From a virus (taxonomy: Duplodnaviria > Caudoviricetes): DNA of 37,103 nucleotides. The notes beneath the pieces were generated by a model. The model saw only the letters and a program-made list of their open reading frames with translations, was not told the origin of the DNA and did not search any database. Numbering within the stretch: the stretch's first letter is position 1; each line of letters begins with the position of its first letter. A program made the position numbers and the translations under genes. The DNA lies in the IMG/VR virus record IMGVR_UViG_3300027819_000035, positions 1 through 37,103 of that record. One strand, written 5' to 3'. Shown here piece after piece: positions 34,388 through 37,103 of the stretch.

Positions 34388-35389
34388 TTACTTTAGGACA
34401 ATAATCTTTGTTCCTTTAAGAAGTTTTCTGTTTGAACTTGTTGACTGTATCAGTATGTTGTAGTCAGAATAGTCAATGGGAGAAACCTTTACTTCGTAGT
34501 CTGGTAAATTCAACAAATTTCTAGCATTCAGTCCAGCATAAACTTTGCCGTTCAATTTGTTTTCGATACAAATGTTCTTATATGGTTGAACTGTTTCCGG
34601 TTTTGTGAGAAGATAATATGTGCTTCCTGGACGATAAGGAACAGCCGTCCAAGATTCTACATAGTCCTTAATAGATGAATCGCTATGAACAGGAATCAAC
34701 AAATAGTCTCTGTCTGGCTTTAATTCTTGCAAATTCTTACTAATTTCCCTGGCTGTTAAATTAGTATTTAGCTTAAATAAAGATTTTGTCCCACGCAAAC
34801 CAGTTGATCTAGCTTGCATAAACCTATCTGTTGATTCTCTAATTACTTTTCCGGCATCTTCAAGACCCCTAGAAGAAGATGTATCCCAAATTGAAATATT
34901 ATCTTGTGAAAAACCCGCTCTCTTACACTCATATACTCCGATCTGGTTAGGAACCAAAACAGCTAGAGTCCAGTTTTCGGGCAAAGATTTTATTCTATTA
35001 GATAGTGTTGACGATGAATGATTACTACTATTCTCCTCTCCGTCAGTTAGTAAGAAAGCAAGATAGCTATGATCTCCATATAATTCAGGCGTCTTAGAAA
35101 GATCATCTAAAGATTTCATTGTCGCATCTATTAAAGCTGTGTTTCCTCCTGTTTTATAAAAATCTTTTATACTAGGAAGTCTTAAACAGTCTTTATCATA
35201 GATAAGACAATTAACATCATCATTAAAAACATATACCGATACCCTTGTTTCTTGATCTAGTTCTTGTGAACGCGCCGCCAGATATTTTATTTGATTATCA
35301 AATACCTTAATTACTTGTTCTCTTAGATTGCTCATTGAACCAGATGAATCAAGAACAAAGACAATGTGATTAATATAGTTTTGTGTCAT
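34388..35389 (-). CDS. von Willebrand factor A domain protein
   Basis: MIDAS motifs VLDSSGSM, GNTALIDA, LLTDGEENSS. Confidence 0.9.
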   Translation of the reverse strand: MTQNYINHIVFVLDSSGSMSNLREQVIKVFDNQIKYLAARSQELDQETRVSVYVFNDDVNCLIYDKDCLRLPSIKDFYKTGGNTALIDATMKSLDDLSKTPELYGDHSYLAFLLTDGEENSSNHSSSTLSNRIKSLPENWTLAVLVPNQIGVYECKRAGFSQDNISIWDTSSSRGLEDAGKVIRESTDRFMQARSTGLRGTKSLFKLNTNLTAREISKNLQELKPDRDYLLIPVHSDSSIKDYVESWTAVPYRPGSTYYLLTKPETVQPYKNICIENKLNGKVYAGLNARNLLNLPDYEVKVSPIDYSDYNILIQSTSSNRKLLKGTKIIVLK

Positions 35390-35411
35390 AATTATTTTTA
35401 ATTTATATTTT

Positions 35412-35582
35412 TTATGCTGACAAAGATATTTTCTTGTTCTGTAATTCTTTTATTGCTTGTTCTAAATTGTCCAATTCGTTGGTTATCTTAGGAGTATGTG
35501 GGTAGTTTTCCTTGGCCGCAGACTCGAAATATTTTTTCTTTAAGGTGTCAATTATGATGTCTTCGCCTTCTTGTTTTTCCAT
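35412..35582 (-). CDS. Small hypothetical protein (56 aa)
   Basis: MEKQEGEDIIIDTLKKKYFE...KKISLSA; below track cutoff. Confidence 0.6.
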   Translation of the reverse strand: MEKQEGEDIIIDTLKKKYFESAAKENYPHTPKITNELDNLEQAIKELQNKKISLSA

Positions 35583-35590
35583 ATTTTATT

Positions 35591-35755
35591 CTAAAAAAAT
35601 TGAGCTTTTTCCTCTGAAGTAAAAACTTCAACCTCTTGCTTTATATCAGAACTATAAGGACCATAACGGGAAATCCATTTTACTTCCCAAAGCTGGACAG
35701 CTTCTACTTCTTTTGTTTTGTTGCTATCTGGAACTGTGAGTTTTTTGAACCACAT
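35591..35755 (-). CDS. Small hypothetical protein (54 aa)
   Basis: MWFKKLTVPDSNKTKEVEAVQLWEVKWISRYG...; TAAGGA RBS and TTGACT-N16-TAACAT upstream. Confidence 0.65.
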   Translation of the reverse strand: MWFKKLTVPDSNKTKEVEAVQLWEVKWISRYGPYSSDIKQEVEVFTSEEKAQFF

Positions 35756-35787
35756 ATCCTTATATGTTAACAGGCTTTAGAAAAGAG

Positions 35788-36951
35788 TCAAGAAACTTTT
35801 TCCAAAATGTAGAAATTACTAAGCTCTTTCCAAAAAACCTCTTCATCAATTATTGGCTGCGGCTCTGAATTGAAAGAATTTATTGGTAAATCTTTATGCC
35901 ACGCGATTTCTGAAGGATAAATCTTACCACGGCTTAATGTGAACTTATTAGTTTTATAATATAAATTCTCCATTTTTAACTTATCAAGAGCTTCGGGTTT
36001 TGAAATATTCTGTTTATGGATTATTCCAAGGTCCATATAATAACTTTTATACTTTTGTATGTCCGACTGGTAACTTATTAAAGTATATTTTATGTTATTT
36101 TTTTGTAGAAACTCCACGAAAGACGGATTATGGCCGTCATCAATAATATAAACAACCTCTACAATTCTTTCTCTCATCGCCCCAACAATTGATAAGTTTA
36201 TCGCCCGATTAGTAATTATAGAACACGGACAAATTCCCAATTGCCGCACTAACATATTTTCATCAAACAATAAATCCATTCTAACTAACAAATTGTTTAG
36301 ACCTAATCTTGAAACTTCGGTAACTTGATCTAAAACTCCTTCTACTATTTTATTTTGATAGTTGTTGCCAAATAAGACAGAAGAATAGGGAAAACTAAAT
36401 GACAGTTTGAGAAGAGAACAAACAGAGGCGGCTATTTTTTCTGGCATTATACTATTGATGCTTTTGTCGCCATCAAAAGCAAAAACTGGCTTGTGTCCTT
36501 TTTGTCTAATAGGTTCCAATATAATTTGTTTATCTGGTTCAGAAAAATAACTACTTACAGATGTTTTATAATTATTAGAAATAAGTGTTACAACAGGAAT
36601 ATTATATATTCCCGCCGCATGTTGTCCTATTGAATCGCAACCAAAATGCAGCTTTGAATTTTTAATAATATAAAAAAGCTGGCCGTAAGATGTTTTTCCT
36701 TGTGTATGATGACAATCTGGAATATCTACCTCATTTGGACCGCCGACTTGAACTATTTCTATATTGTTTTTCTTTAGAATAGGAACTAATAAACTTAAAA
36801 CTTCAAAATAAAAATCATAATTCTTGATTGGACGAGAGAATGGCTGAAAAGTAATATAATCCTTGAAAGGTAAAGGATAGTATTTCTCACAAACTTCTGG
36901 TTTGTTTATTTTTTGACCCAACTGAAGGCTATAATTCTCCTGAATATGCAC
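35788..36951 (-). CDS. Glycosyltransferase family 9-like (heptosyltransferase fold) with C-terminal extra domain
   Basis: KNY.F, IVQVGG, GKTSYGQLFYIIKNSKLHFGCDSIGQHAAGIYNIPVVTL matches the GT9 nucleotide-sugar-binding signature. Confidence 0.8.
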   Translation of the reverse strand: MHIQENYSLQLGQKINKPEVCEKYYPLPFKDYITFQPFSRPIKNYDFYFEVLSLLVPILKKNNIEIVQVGGPNEVDIPDCHHTQGKTSYGQLFYIIKNSKLHFGCDSIGQHAAGIYNIPVVTLISNNYKTSVSSYFSEPDKQIILEPIRQKGHKPVFAFDGDKSINSIMPEKIAASVCSLLKLSFSFPYSSVLFGNNYQNKIVEGVLDQVTEVSRLGLNNLLVRMDLLFDENMLVRQLGICPCSIITNRAINLSIVGAMRERIVEVVYIIDDGHNPSFVEFLQKNNIKYTLISYQSDIQKYKSYYMDLGIIHKQNISKPEALDKLKMENLYYKTNKFTLSRGKIYPSEIAWHKDLPINSFNSEPQPIIDEEVFWKELSNFYILEKVS

Positions 36952-36953
36952 GG

Positions 36954-37103
36954 TTAATTACTTTCTTTTAATTGTAATCCTAAATTATTATTTGTTAAAT
37001 AATTCAAATGACGCTGTGTTCCTATCGTTAAATGACAATATCCATCAAACAATCCTTTATGACTCCCAATTCCTGTCATGTTTATTTCACTTTCCATTGT
37101 TGG
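36954..37103 (-). CDS. Partial CDS (C-terminus, enters from right edge)
   Basis: Open frame PTMESEINMTGIGSHKGLFDGYCHLTIGTQRHLNYL...KESN* ending 2 nt before the GT9 start. Confidence 0.7.
   Translation of the reverse strand, partial: PTMESEINMTGIGSHKGLFDGYCHLTIGTQRHLNYLTNNNLGLQLKESN

Noticed and set aside
1-37103. Stop-codon reassignment
   Set aside because: Long genes are intact in code 11, TGA and TAG both end genes, and only one isolated in-frame TGA was seen. The 5837 tRNA loop centres on TCT, not CTA.
1-37103. CRISPR array, integrase or transposase
   Set aside because: No regularly spaced repeat-spacer units and no recombinase or transposase motifs were seen.

Overview
This 37.1-kb AT-rich window comes from a large tailed dsDNA phage (siphovirus-like) in standard genetic code. 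Most of it is virion morphogenesis on the minus strand. That block holds a protease/scaffold fusion, a probable decoration protein and the major capsid protein. It also holds three tandem paralogous fibre genes, a fourth fibre and a lambda-like tail-tip block (M, L, K, I, J). Three paralogous tail-tube-like genes are transcribed divergently, and two free-standing homing endonucleases (HNH, GIY-YIG) are inserted. Two plus-strand cassettes of small early-type genes with sigma70 leaderless promoters interrupt the structural region. RNA genes include tRNA-Ile(UAU), tRNA-Arg(UCU), a tRNA 3' remnant, an atypical CAU tRNA-like gene and three candidate structured RNAs. The right end encodes an SPFH lipoprotein, a probable single-strand annealing protein, a vWA protein and a GT9-like glycosyltransferase. 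Three signals stand out. (1) Ser/Thr-Gly dipeptides are strongly and directionally enriched in accessory parts of virion proteins, next to a phage glycosyltransferase, suggesting a sequon-based virion O-glycosylation system (hypothesis). (2) The triplicated fibre array is constant-variable-constant, with a 72-bp identical block at the border of the variable part. (3) A GTGTAAT motif occurs ten times upstream of late genes. Product calls come from motif recognition by eye; counts are hand counts and no database search was run.
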